Positions 1 through 8,323 of a stretch of DNA of 64,000 nucleotides are shown here, piece by piece. This DNA comes from an uncultured Gammaproteobacteria bacterium (lineage in GTDB: Bacteria > Patescibacteriota > Patescibacteriia > Magasanikbacterales > JBBTQS01): contig CAZVIA010000002.1 in the NCBI GenBank assembly GCA_964627525.1, forward strand, positions 59,262 to 123,261. Direction: 5' to 3'. Within the stretch, counting starts at the first letter, position 1, and each line of letters starts with the position of its first letter. Under the pieces are notes generated by a model. That model was not told the DNA's origin and did no database searches. It worked only from the letters and a program-made list of their open reading frames with translations. The position numbers were made by a program, and so were the translations under genes.

Positions 1-276
1 AATATTAGTGGAGCTGAAGCTGAAAAAGCTTTGGGACTTGCTGGAATTACTGTAAACAAAAATACAGTTCCTTTTGAAAAACGTTCGCCGTTTGATCCTT
101 CTGGAATTCGTCTTGGAACTCCAGCATTAACAACTCGCGGAATGCAGGAGGTGGAAATGAAGGAAATTGGAAAATGGATAACTAAAGTTGTACACAATCA
201 CGATGATTCTGGAATTTTGGAAGAAGTTCATGGTCAGGTTAAAAAAATGTGTGCAGACTTCCCTATTTATGGTTAA
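1..276 (+). CDS. glyA: Serine hydroxymethyltransferase, C-terminal fragment (5' end outside window)
   Basis: Translation ...GLAGITVNKNTVPFEKRSPFDPSGIRLGTPALTTRGMQE... matches the conserved SHMT C-terminus. In frame from base 1, stop at 274-276. Confidence 0.8.
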   Translation, partial: NISGAEAEKALGLAGITVNKNTVPFEKRSPFDPSGIRLGTPALTTRGMQEVEMKEIGKWITKVVHNHDDSGILEEVHGQVKKMCADFPIYG

Positions 277-1105
277 AAAAATCAATGGAAAAAAATTGTC
301 TGAAAAAGTTTTTTTAAGACTAAAAAAAGAAATTTCTGAACTAGATGTAAAACCAGGACTAGCAGCTGTTTTAATTGGAGACAATGCAGAGTCTGAACTT
401 TATGTGCGCTTAAAAGAAAAACAATGCGATGAGTTGGGAATTTATTTTGAAAAACATTTGTTTGAAAAAAATGTTGACGAAAAAACCGTGATTGATTTGA
501 TTGAAAAATTAAATGCAGATAAAAAAATTCATGCGATTTTAGTGCAACTGCCTTTGCCGAAAAATTTTGATACACAAAAAATAATTGGAACTGTTGATTC
601 GAAAAAAGATGTAGATGGTTTTCATCCAAAAAATATTGAAAATTTTATGGCTGGAGAGGGGTCTTACATACGACCTGTTTTAATTAAAGCAGTCATGGGA
701 TTAATTGATGCTACTGGAGAAAGTTTGCGGGAAAAACGCGTAGTGATTTTGGGAAAAAGTGATGTCTTTATGCGACCTTTGGGAAGTGCATTGTTGCGAA
801 GACATGCGCAAGTTTTGTGGCAAACTATTGATGGAGAAGATTGGGAAAGGCGCTGTGAAAGTGCAGATGTTTTGATCACTGCTTTGGGTAAGCCACATTT
901 TATTAAAAAAATTAAACCTGGTGCAATTTTGATTGATGTTGGAATTACTAAGGATGTGGAGCGTGTACGTGGAGACATTGCGTTGAGTGCTGTGGAGATG
1001 GCTGGATGGGCTACTCCTGTTCCTGGTGGTGTTGGGCCGATGACGATTGCGATGCTTATGGAGAATGTTGTTGAGATGGCGAAAGCGCAAAGTGGTTTAA
1101 GTTAA
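269..1105 (+). CDS. folD: Bifunctional methylenetetrahydrofolate dehydrogenase/cyclohydrolase
   Basis: MVKKINGKK...AAVLIGDNAESELYVRLKEK...ILVQLPLP...DVDGFHP motifs typical of FolD. ATG at 269 overlaps the glyA stop by 8 nt; the track's upstream extension from 188 is unlikely. Confidence 0.8.
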   Translation: MVKKINGKKLSEKVFLRLKKEISELDVKPGLAAVLIGDNAESELYVRLKEKQCDELGIYFEKHLFEKNVDEKTVIDLIEKLNADKKIHAILVQLPLPKNFDTQKIIGTVDSKKDVDGFHPKNIENFMAGEGSYIRPVLIKAVMGLIDATGESLREKRVVILGKSDVFMRPLGSALLRRHAQVLWQTIDGEDWERRCESADVLITALGKPHFIKKIKPGAILIDVGITKDVERVRGDIALSAVEMAGWATPVPGGVGPMTIAMLMENVVEMAKAQSGLS

Positions 1106-1131
1106 GTGGGTTAAATTATGTAGGCAAAATT

Positions 1132-1590
1132 ATGAATAATAGTGGACCAAGTGGGCTAAAAAAATTTAATATTACAATTGACGAAATTCCAGATTTTGCA
1201 AAAAAAATTGTTGGTGAGATTGGTGGTGGTGATGTTATTTTTTTGTATGGTGAATTAGGTGCTGGCAAAACTACTTTAGCTAAAGCAATTGGTTTGGAAT
1301 TAGGTGTTGAAAAAACTATTACTTCTCCGACTTTTGGGCTGATGAATTTATATAAAGTTGATGGGCATAAAAATATTGCAGAGTTATGCCATATTGATAC
1401 TTATAGAATTAAAGATGCTCGAGAATTTGATGAGATTGGTGTGCAAGAATATGTTGGCAGGGCTGATGTTTTGACTTTGGTTGAGTGGCCGGAAATTTTG
1501 GAGGAATATTTTGGTGAAGGTGTTGGCAAAAGGCAAACAAAAGGGGTTTTGAAAAATGTTGTAAGGGTGTATATTGGGAGTAGTTCTTAA
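1132..1590 (+). CDS. tsaE: tRNA threonylcarbamoyladenosine biosynthesis protein TsaE (P-loop ATPase)
   Basis: Walker A GELGAGKTTLAKAIG followed by TSPTFGLMNLY, 152 aa, typical TsaE/YjeE size. Confidence 0.75.
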   Translation: MNNSGPSGLKKFNITIDEIPDFAKKIVGEIGGGDVIFLYGELGAGKTTLAKAIGLELGVEKTITSPTFGLMNLYKVDGHKNIAELCHIDTYRIKDAREFDEIGVQEYVGRADVLTLVEWPEILEEYFGEGVGKRQTKGVLKNVVRVYIGSSS

Positions 1591-1597
1591 AGAATAC

Positions 1598-2401
1598 ATG
1601 ATCAAATTCAACTCCCAAAAACACAAAAAACTTTTAAAAGATAAACCATTTTCATTTATATCAACTTTGGTTTATTTGGATTTTTGTGCTTATATTTTGG
1701 AGAGAAATGAAGAAGATTTGATTGTGACACAAGACAAAGTAGATAAAAAAGATTTTCCGTATTTGTTTTTGCCAAAAAATAAAAAAAACTGGAAAAACAT
1801 GACAGCCTCAATGGTTTGTGCAGAGGATTTGGAAAAAATTAAAAAATCTGATGTAAAAATTATCAAAACAAACCCAACTGTAACTGAATTTTTTTATTTA
1901 ACAAAAGATTTTCTTAATCCCACAAAAAAATACAAACAAAAAATTGGGCAGTTTGAAAAAAATTATAAGTTTAAAATCCGCAAAAAATACAATAAGAAAA
2001 AGTTGCTGAAATTTTATGATTTTTGGGAAAAACAAAAATCTGGCGATAAAAATAAAGATGAAAATGTTTTTAGAAAAGAAAGTGACGAGTTTTTTAATTT
2101 TTGTTTAAAAAATCTCAAAAAATATAATATTGAACAAATTTATGTTGAGGTTGAAGGAAAATTAGTAGGATTTGTGTGGGGAGTAAAACATTCTAAAAAC
2201 AATTGGGTAAGTTTGCATATAAAATCAGATTATAAATATCGCGGGTTAAGTAGTTTTTTAAATTTTGAAATCTCCAAAAAATTTACTAATACAAAATTAG
2301 TTTCTTTGGGTACTGGTTGCCAAGATGCAGGCTTAACTCAAAACAAAAAAGAATTAGGACCAGCTGAAGAAAAAAAATATTTTTACGTTTTAACTAGATA
2401 A
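1598..2401 (+). CDS. Hypothetical lysine-rich protein (possible GNAT-fold C-terminal region)
   Basis: Long ORF with native AT-rich composition. Start assigned to the second Met (MIKFNSQ) to avoid overlap with tsaE. No recognised motif. Confidence 0.45.
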   Translation: MIKFNSQKHKKLLKDKPFSFISTLVYLDFCAYILERNEEDLIVTQDKVDKKDFPYLFLPKNKKNWKNMTASMVCAEDLEKIKKSDVKIIKTNPTVTEFFYLTKDFLNPTKKYKQKIGQFEKNYKFKIRKKYNKKKLLKFYDFWEKQKSGDKNKDENVFRKESDEFFNFCLKNLKKYNIEQIYVEVEGKLVGFVWGVKHSKNNWVSLHIKSDYKYRGLSSFLNFEISKKFTNTKLVSLGTGCQDAGLTQNKKELGPAEEKKYFYVLTR

Positions 2402-2434
2402 TCAAAAACTCCACAAGGTGTTAACCAAGTGGAG
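2401..2434 (-). terminator. Intrinsic terminator downstream of the 94-aa GC-rich ORF
   Basis: Imperfect hairpin CTCCAC...GTGGAG followed on the minus strand by TTTTTGAT. Confidence 0.5.
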
Positions 2435-2462
2435 CCTTTTAAGTGTGTCGCATGAAATTGAC

Positions 2463-2747
2463 TCACTTTGTTTTCTGTTTGGGATAATAACCCACACTAT
2501 CCATTGCAGTGATAACACTGAAGGGTACGATCTCTTTCAAGTCTTGGAAAAGCATTCCTTCTGGAGGAAACCAGCAAATCCAATCATTATCTTGACACCT
2601 AAATCCAGCAATACTCATATGTCTTATGAAATCTTCGCAAGCAGGAACATGACCGATAAAAGTACCTAATTTAACTCTGACAGTACCAATTGGGTCATCT
2701 TCTTGGAACAAGCTAGACGGAGCTTTCCCACGATTTTTGTCCGTCAT
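2463..2747 (-). CDS. Hypothetical 94-aa protein in a compositionally foreign (GC-rich) cassette; Cys/His-rich
   Basis: ATG preceded by AAGGAGGAG (5-nt spacer). Local GC is clearly higher than flanks. Own promoter upstream and terminator downstream. His/Cys cluster HVPACEDFIRH...FRCQDNDWICW. Confidence 0.55.
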   Translation of the reverse strand: MTDKNRGKAPSSLFQEDDPIGTVRVKLGTFIGHVPACEDFIRHMSIAGFRCQDNDWICWFPPEGMLFQDLKEIVPFSVITAMDSVGYYPKQKTK

Positions 2748-2783
2748 GTTCTCCTCCTTTTCTTCTCCCTAATGAGAAGATAT

Positions 2784-2818
2784 CTTTATACCAAAAACAG
2801 CACTTTGTGTCAAGTGCT
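2784..2818 (-). promoter_or_regulatory. Sigma70-like promoter (TTGACA-17-TATAAA) inside the cls terminator hairpin
   Basis: Minus strand reads CAGCACTTGACACAAAGTGCTG TTTTTGG TATAAA. An 8-bp inverted repeat (CAGCACTT/AAGTGCTG) plus T-tract terminates cls, and its loop region contains the -35 TTGACA for the downstream small ORF. Confidence 0.5.
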
Positions 2819-2836
2819 GCTTGCTTTTAAAACAAT

Positions 2837-3949
2837 TTACAAAATCGGACTCCAAATACTCCAAATTTTCTGTAAAACTTTATCTAAAAAAGAATGTCCT
2901 TTCCAAAAATCAGGTGTAAATACTGTTGATTGTTTTTTCCATTTATTTAAAATCCTACGCAAATCCCCTATCATCTCACGATTTGTAAAAACAATATTTG
3001 CTTCATGATTATAAAACAAACTTCGCGAATCCATATTACTACTTCCAACCATTCCTAATTTGTGATCAACAACCAATGCTTTTGCATGAATCATTTCTTT
3101 TAATAAATAAAACTTCACACCCAAAGCATGTAACTCTGGAAACATTGAATGCATTGCATGATTAACTGGACCATGATTTCCTTTCATTGGCACAACCACT
3201 TCAATCCTGACTCCCCTTTTAATTGCTTTTTGAAAAGCTAATTTTAATTTTTTATCTGGCAAAAAATAAGGTGTGGTAATTAAAATTGCTTTACGCGCTT
3301 TTCTCAAAGATGTAATGTATAATTTTCTAATCTTTGATCGTGTTTTAAATTTTTTATAAGGATGCGCAAAAATAAATGCAAACTGTTTGAATTTTTTCTT
3401 GAAATTTTTAATTGGGTGACGTAGGAGATTTTTTACATGACGATGATCACCACCACCCTTAACCCAACTTGTTCCAAAAGATCTTATCATTGGCGCAACC
3501 ACATCTTTGTTTTGAATTTTTAAATGCAAATCATAATAATCTCGACTTTCTTTATAAACATTTACACCACCAATAAAACCAATCTTATTATCAATAACTA
3601 AAATCTTGCGATGATTACGATGAAATAACCGACGAAAACTTTTCACAATGCGTTTTAAAGCTAAAGATTGAAAAGACAAAACTTTTGCACCTGCTTTTTT
3701 CAAACGCTTTATTGTTGAGTATGAAAACCACCAACTACCAAAACCATCAAAAATAATTTTTACATCCAAACCAGCTTGAGCTTTTTCAACTAAAATATTT
3801 ACAAACTCATGACCAGCTTCATCATCAATCAAAATATAAGACTCCAAAAAAATAGAATGCTCTGCTCTGCGCAAAGCCCTTTTCATTGACGACCACGCTT
3901 CTTCAGTTGTTTTATAAAACTCCCATTTCATAATTATTTTTTCTGACAA
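2837..3949 (-). CDS. cls: Phospholipase D-family cardiolipin synthase (two HKD motifs)
   Basis: Two HxKxxxxD motifs: HRKILVIDNKIGFIGGVN and HAKALVVDHKLGMVGSSNMD. Confidence 0.75.
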   Translation of the reverse strand: MSEKIIMKWEFYKTTEEAWSSMKRALRRAEHSIFLESYILIDDEAGHEFVNILVEKAQAGLDVKIIFDGFGSWWFSYSTIKRLKKAGAKVLSFQSLALKRIVKSFRRLFHRNHRKILVIDNKIGFIGGVNVYKESRDYYDLHLKIQNKDVVAPMIRSFGTSWVKGGGDHRHVKNLLRHPIKNFKKKFKQFAFIFAHPYKKFKTRSKIRKLYITSLRKARKAILITTPYFLPDKKLKLAFQKAIKRGVRIEVVVPMKGNHGPVNHAMHSMFPELHALGVKFYLLKEMIHAKALVVDHKLGMVGSSNMDSRSLFYNHEANIVFTNREMIGDLRRILNKWKKQSTVFTPDFWKGHSFLDKVLQKIWSIWSPIL

Positions 3950-3965
3950 ATTTATTTTAGAAAAA

Positions 3966-4781
3966 CTATTTTACAAAAACTTGCTTAAGTTTTGCTGTGC
4001 CAAATAAAACCCCAAACAAAACCGCTCCAACCAATACAATAACAGCTCCTGAAGGTAAATCAAGATAATATGAAACTACTAATCCACCTAACACAATTAA
4101 CTCAGCATAAATTACACTTTGAACTAACATGCTTTTAAGTGAAGTTGCCAGCTGACGACCTGCTGCTACTGGAACAATTAGCAACGCACTTATTAAAACA
4201 ATTCCCAAAAGTTTTACTCCAATGACAACTGTGATTGCAAGAAAAACATATAACAACAATTCTGCAGCTAAAACTGGAATTCCAGAAAGCCACGCCATCT
4301 CCCTATTGATCACTAACAACAAAATACTTCTGTACAAAAGCAAAAGCAAAATTGTTGTGATTACTGAAAATGGAATTATCAACCACAAGTCTGCATAACT
4401 TATTGTTAAAATATTTCCAAACAAATAACTCATTAAGTCTGGCTGATATCCTTTGCTAAATGTTAATAAAATTACACCAATCGCCATTCCAACTGTAAAC
4501 ATAAATCCTAAAATTGTGTCGCTGCGAAGTTTTGTGTATTTATCAAACAAAGCCATTCCAATTGCAAAAATTACTGCAACTAACATTGCACCCCACAAAG
4601 GATTTATTCCTACAAGCAAACCAATTGCAATTCCAGCCAAAGAAGCATGTGCAACTCCATCACCAAAAAATGCCATTCCTTTTGCGTTCACAAAAATTCC
4701 CAACAAAGCCAAAGGTAAAGCTGTTGCTGCTCCAGCCAACAAAGCTCTTTGCATAAATTCTAATGTAATAAACTCTGGCAT
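3966..4781 (-). CDS. znuB: Metal (Zn/Mn) ABC transporter permease
   Basis: Polytopic membrane protein of the ZnuB/MntB family, immediately downstream of the cognate ATPase. Confidence 0.7.
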   Translation of the reverse strand: MPEFITLEFMQRALLAGAATALPLALLGIFVNAKGMAFFGDGVAHASLAGIAIGLLVGINPLWGAMLVAVIFAIGMALFDKYTKLRSDTILGFMFTVGMAIGVILLTFSKGYQPDLMSYLFGNILTISYADLWLIIPFSVITTILLLLLYRSILLLVINREMAWLSGIPVLAAELLLYVFLAITVVIGVKLLGIVLISALLIVPVAAGRQLATSLKSMLVQSVIYAELIVLGGLVVSYYLDLPSGAVIVLVGAVLFGVLFGTAKLKQVFVK

Positions 4782-4783
4782 AA

Positions 4784-5536
4784 TTATTTATGATCGTGCG
4801 CATGATGTTGCACAATATGACCTTGGTATAATTTTTTTAATTTATTTGATTTTAAAACTTCCAACGGACTACCCGAACAAACCAATTCTTTATTTACACA
4901 CAAAACATGATCTGCATAATGTGTAACAACTTCCATTTCATGAGACACAATTATAATTGTTACATCATACCTTTTGCGAATATAATCCAAGTGTTCATAA
5001 ATTGATTTTGAACCAACCATATCTATACTACTCACTGGCTCATCTAAAACCAACAAAAGTGGTTTTCCAATTAATGCACGTGCAATTAAAATTCTTTGCA
5101 ACTGCCCACCAGAAAGTGAAGCAAGTTTTTTGCGTTCAGTTCCAGACATTCCAACTTCTTTTAATGCAACTTTTATTGACCGCCCTTTTTTGTCTATATG
5201 TGTTAATGATAAAAACTCTTCAACAGTAATTGGAAAAGCCCCATCCACATAAAATCTTTGTGGCACATAACCAATTCTCTCACGAATTTGTTTTGGCTTC
5301 CGACCAAACAATCTTATTGAACCATTGTCTAATTGTATTAGCCCCATGAGCGACCGCACAAGCGTTGTTTTTCCAGAACCATTAGGTCCAATCAACATTG
5401 TGATGCTATTTCGCAAAAGCTTAAACGAGATATTTTCAAGTATCTCTTGTGATTCAAGCCGCACAGCAAGATCATCCACTTGGATTACAATCTCATCTGT
5501 TGGGGTTTGTTTTAATTTTTTTGATTTATTACTCAT
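4784..5536 (-). CDS. znuC: Metal ABC transporter ATP-binding protein
   Basis: Walker A GPNGSGKTT, signature LSGGQLQRILIARAL, Walker B LLVLDEP, His-rich tail HHAHDHK. Confidence 0.75.
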   Translation of the reverse strand: MSNKSKKLKQTPTDEIVIQVDDLAVRLESQEILENISFKLLRNSITMLIGPNGSGKTTLVRSLMGLIQLDNGSIRLFGRKPKQIRERIGYVPQRFYVDGAFPITVEEFLSLTHIDKKGRSIKVALKEVGMSGTERKKLASLSGGQLQRILIARALIGKPLLLVLDEPVSSIDMVGSKSIYEHLDYIRKRYDVTIIIVSHEMEVVTHYADHVLCVNKELVCSGSPLEVLKSNKLKKLYQGHIVQHHAHDHK

Positions 5537-5545
5537 GACTTATAT

Positions 5546-6508
5546 CTATTGTGCCATGATTTGCCTTATCTTTTCAAGTTGCACAAAATTAAATTTCATC
5601 ATGTCAATGTATGAGTCGCGATTTTCTGCCCCGCCAATAGGATCAAGTTCAATAATTTCTAATCCAAAATCTTCTGCAATTGGTTTTAAACTATCCAAAC
5701 CAATTTGAGGTTCAACAGCAATTATTTTTACATTATGCTCTTTAATTGTGTCACTTAAGTTTTTTAAATATTTTGGAGTTGGCTCTTCACCAGCAAATGG
5801 TTCAAAAGTTCCAACAATATCCAAATCATTTTCTTCAGCAAAATAAAACCATGCATCATGCATTGTGACTATTGAAATTTTTTTGTCTGAAACTTTTGTA
5901 GGAATTATTAAATTTAGTTCATCTGTATATTTCAAAAGATTTTCTTCAAAATACTCTCTATTCTTAGGATATAGTTTTGATAGTTCATTGTAAATATTTG
6001 ACGCAACTGCTTTTGCATTATGTATTGAAAGCCAATAGTGCGGATCTGAATTTTCACTTGGGATAATAGTAAAGTCTTGTGGTGTATCATAATCTACATG
6101 ATCATGGTCATGTGAATGTTGATCTGCACCCAACTCACGCAAATTTAACCCACCAAAAACAAAAATAGTTTCTGAAGTACTAATATTTTCTGACAACTTT
6201 GTAACCCAATCATCCAAACCAAACCCTACAGCAAAAATCATTTTAATCTTTTGGAGACGCTTTACATCTTTTGGTGAAAAATTAAATGTGTGTGGACTTG
6301 CTCCTGCTGGCAAAATTAATTCCACATCAATTTTATCCCCTGCAATGTTTTTTGCAATATCATAAATTGGAAAAATTGTTACAGCTATTTGTGGTTTGTT
6401 GCTTTCATTTGAAGGATTATTTTGTGATATGTTTTTGTAAACAAACCACAAACCCACAACACCAATTATTAAAATCAATACCACGAAAACCAAAAGTGTT
6501 TTTTTCAT
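5546..6508 (-). CDS. znuA: Metal ABC transporter substrate-binding protein with His-rich loop
   Basis: N-terminal signal/anchor plus a ZnuA-like cluster-9 SBP fold. The His-rich loop DQHSHDHDHVDYD is typical of zinc-binding ZnuA. Confidence 0.7.
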   Translation of the reverse strand: MKKTLLVFVVLILIIGVVGLWFVYKNISQNNPSNESNKPQIAVTIFPIYDIAKNIAGDKIDVELILPAGASPHTFNFSPKDVKRLQKIKMIFAVGFGLDDWVTKLSENISTSETIFVFGGLNLRELGADQHSHDHDHVDYDTPQDFTIIPSENSDPHYWLSIHNAKAVASNIYNELSKLYPKNREYFEENLLKYTDELNLIIPTKVSDKKISIVTMHDAWFYFAEENDLDIVGTFEPFAGEEPTPKYLKNLSDTIKEHNVKIIAVEPQIGLDSLKPIAEDFGLEIIELDPIGGAENRDSYIDMMKFNFVQLEKIRQIMAQ

Positions 6509-6551
6509 ATGTTTTTAAAAAATTTTTATTAAAAACTTCTGTGTGAACTTG

Positions 6552-6623
6552 TACCGCCAAGGGGAATCGAACCCCTGTTCCCAGGATGAGAACCTGATGT
6601 CCTAACCACTAGACGATGGCGGC
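6552..6623 (-). tRNA. tRNA-Glu (anticodon CUC)
   Basis: Manual cloverleaf: acceptor GCCGCCA/UGGCGGU with G1-U72, D arm GUCU/GGAC, anticodon stem UCAGG/CCUGG with loop UUCUCAU, T arm AGGGG-UUCGAUU-CCCCU, discriminator A. CCA is not encoded. Confidence 0.7.
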
Positions 6624-6693
6624 ATATGCAATAATAATGCCTTTTTTTCTAAGAAAAGTCAATTGCTGTTATAATTAAAGTATTGATTATTTA

Positions 6694-6722
6694 GGGCAAA
6701 ATTTGCTTGCCAAATTTTGCCC
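6694..6722. repeat. Palindromic element copy 1 (GGGCAAAATTTG-cttgc-CAAATTTTGCCC)
   Basis: Perfect 12-bp arms. Lies between the divergent tRNA-Glu and CarS-like genes, so it is not a terminator for either. Confidence 0.6.
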
Positions 6723-6738
6723 ATACAAAACTCTAAAT

Positions 6739-7284
6739 ATGATTATCTTACAAACTATTATTTTATTTTTGCCAGCTGGATTTGCAAACATGACTCCCCC
6801 TTTGTTGAAAAAAATTAATTTTTTGGCTGAGCCTATTGATTTTGGGAAAAAATTTCGTGGAAAAAGAATTTTTGGTGACCACAAAACTTGGCGCGGTTTA
6901 ATTTTTGGAATTATAGTTGCGATTGCAATTTGTTGGGCACAAAGATTATTGTATCCACATTTTGCTGAATATTCTTTGTTAGATTATCAAAATATAAATG
7001 TTAATGTACTTGGTTTTGTGTTGGGATTTGGTGCTTTAGGTGGAGATATTGTGAAAAGTTTTTTTAAAAGACAAATTGGAGTTGCTCCTGGGAAAACTTG
7101 GATAATTTTTGATCAAATTGATTGGATTGTTGGTGCAAGTTTTTTAATGTGGGTGTTTTTTGAATTTTCTCCAGATATATTTTCTGGATGGGTGTATGTT
7201 GTTGCTATTATTTTATTTGGATTGTTGCATCCTATTTTTAATTTAATTAGTTGGGTTTTAGGAATTCAGAAAAATAAATTCTAA
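6739..7284 (+). CDS. CarS/DUF46-family membrane cytidylyltransferase (CDP-archaeol synthase-like)
   Basis: MIILQTIILFLPAGFANMTPPLL...GDHKTWRGLIFGIIVAIAICW resembles the CarS/CTP-transferase-like family. ATG at 6739; the track start at 6703 is a TTG inside the palindrome. Confidence 0.55.
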   Translation: MIILQTIILFLPAGFANMTPPLLKKINFLAEPIDFGKKFRGKRIFGDHKTWRGLIFGIIVAIAICWAQRLLYPHFAEYSLLDYQNINVNVLGFVLGFGALGGDIVKSFFKRQIGVAPGKTWIIFDQIDWIVGASFLMWVFFEFSPDIFSGWVYVVAIILFGLLHPIFNLISWVLGIQKNKF

Positions 7285-7289
7285 AAAAA

Positions 7290-7526
7290 ATTTAGGGCCT
7301 GCGCGTTAGCTAACAGGCCCAAGGTTACTTTCTGACAAAATGAACGTTAGGTAAGATTCGACGTTGGTGCCGTTATTGTCTAGCTGACCCTTGTTCAGGC
7401 CATCAGCCCTTGTTGGACAAACCAAGCTAACCATACTTGGTTTTTCCCGAACACCACATGTACTACCTACCGTATGCACGAGGCCTACTTCTATGAGCGG
7501 TTTCCTCTTGTTGTGCAATCCAGATT
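7290..7526 (-). ncRNA. Unclassified GC-rich structured RNA (~235 nt) with its own promoter and terminator
   Basis: GC roughly 50% against a ~33% background. No SD-led ORF (the 70-aa track ORF uses TTG and has no RBS). Upstream minus-strand promoter TTGACA-17-TAGTAT. 3' hairpin GGGCCUG...CAGGCCC followed by U8. No conserved tmRNA, RNase P, SRP or 6S motif could be matched by eye. Confidence 0.5.
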
Positions 7527-7532
7527 GTTCGT

Positions 7533-7570
7533 ATACTACAAAACCCTGACTTTTTTGTCAAGTCAGGGTT
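7533..7570 (-). promoter_or_regulatory. Bidirectional terminator hairpin that embeds the -35/-10 of the ncRNA promoter
   Basis: CCCTGACTT...AAGTCAGGG hairpin flanked by A/T tracts terminates the DUF5684 operon. On the minus strand TTGACA (7561-7556) - 17 nt - TAGTAT (7538-7533) forms a near-consensus sigma70 promoter. Confidence 0.5.
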
Positions 7571-7597
7571 TTTGATTGATTTTGAAACTGAAAATTC

Positions 7598-7990
7598 TTA
7601 GACTACTGGCTGTTGTGGAGTTGTAGGTGCTGGAGGAGTTGCTGAAGCTGAACCACTTTTTGCAAAAGCAATATAACCCATACTAATAAAGTTTACACCT
7701 GGAATAAGTGAAAATAATCCATGCCACCACCTGTTCATTCCTCTGTTGTGTGCCATATTAGACCACAACCTCACATAGATCACAAGATTAACTAACGGTA
7801 TAAAGGTTAATAAAAACCACCAAATAGATTTTTTTGCAGCCTGTATCATTATTATAACTTGAGCTACTGGAACCCAAGCTAACCACGAATTACTAACTCC
7901 TGATTTTTTGCCTATTATTTGAATACAGTAGGCCATATAGGCATACATTATCAAAAAGACAATTAACATCATTGGCGACGTTTCTTCCAT
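7598..7990 (-). CDS. DUF5684-family small membrane protein
   Basis: Pattern W..VP....I....KKSIWWFLLTFIPLVNLVIY...FAKSG matches the DUF5684 signature (IP..N...WW.LL.FIPLVN...FGK). Confidence 0.55.
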   Translation of the reverse strand: MEETSPMMLIVFLIMYAYMAYCIQIIGKKSGVSNSWLAWVPVAQVIIMIQAAKKSIWWFLLTFIPLVNLVIYVRLWSNMAHNRGMNRWWHGLFSLIPGVNFISMGYIAFAKSGSASATPPAPTTPQQPVV

Positions 7991-7993
7991 AAA

Positions 7994-8317
7994 TTATTTA
8001 TTATTAGAAACCGTATAGTCTATTACTTCGGATTTCTTTGAATTATTTTTACTTAATGAATTTAATTTTTTTTCTTTTTTAGCTTTAACTAATAAGACTA
8101 ATCCTATTGGAATACATACTATAGACAGTACAGCAAAAACAACCGGCAACAACCTGAACAAATCCCATAAAAAAATTTCTATGTATGTTATTGTTGTTGA
8201 AAAAGACTTCAAAAACCAAAAAAACAAAAATGGTGGCAATGAAACAAAAAACAGCGCTGGCGGTATAATTAACAATAACAGTCCTGTTGATTTCTTTTTC
8301 TCTGTTGTCATAAACAA
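7994..8317 (-). CDS. Hypothetical small membrane protein (2 TM)
   Basis: Two hydrophobic spans with a Lys-rich tail; co-oriented and adjacent to the DUF5684 gene. Confidence 0.4.
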   Translation of the reverse strand: MFMTTEKKKSTGLLLLIIPPALFFVSLPPFLFFWFLKSFSTTITYIEIFLWDLFRLLPVVFAVLSIVCIPIGLVLLVKAKKEKKLNSLSKNNSKKSEVIDYTVSNNK

Positions 8318-8323
8318 AAAATT

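Noticed and set aside
2418-2669. 83-aa plus-strand ORF overlapping the 94-aa minus-strand ORF
   Set aside because: It has no SD. The minus-strand ORF has a strong SD, a promoter and a terminator in the correct orientation.
4453-4926. Track ORFs lying antisense or in alternate frames within long genes (for example 4453-4926 +, 701-1090 -, 9131-9349 +, 24166-24465 +)
   Set aside because: They are embedded in well-supported genes on the opposite strand, have low-complexity translations, and no start signals. Treated as spurious.
7306-7518. 70-aa ORF on the minus strand inside the GC-rich block
   Set aside because: It starts with TTG, has no SD and no coding-like periodicity, and lies entirely within a transcript bounded by a consensus promoter and terminator. 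Interpreted as ncRNA instead.
7285-7540. tmRNA, RNase P RNA, SRP RNA or 6S RNA identity for the ncRNA
   Set aside because: I searched by eye for the tRNA-like 3' end/T-loop (GGTTCGANTCC...ACCA), a tag-peptide reading frame, RNase P P4 (GGAAAGTCCGG), and the SRP helix-8 GNRA/AGCAGCC core. None is present, and the length (~235 nt) is short for tmRNA or RNase P. Left unclassified.
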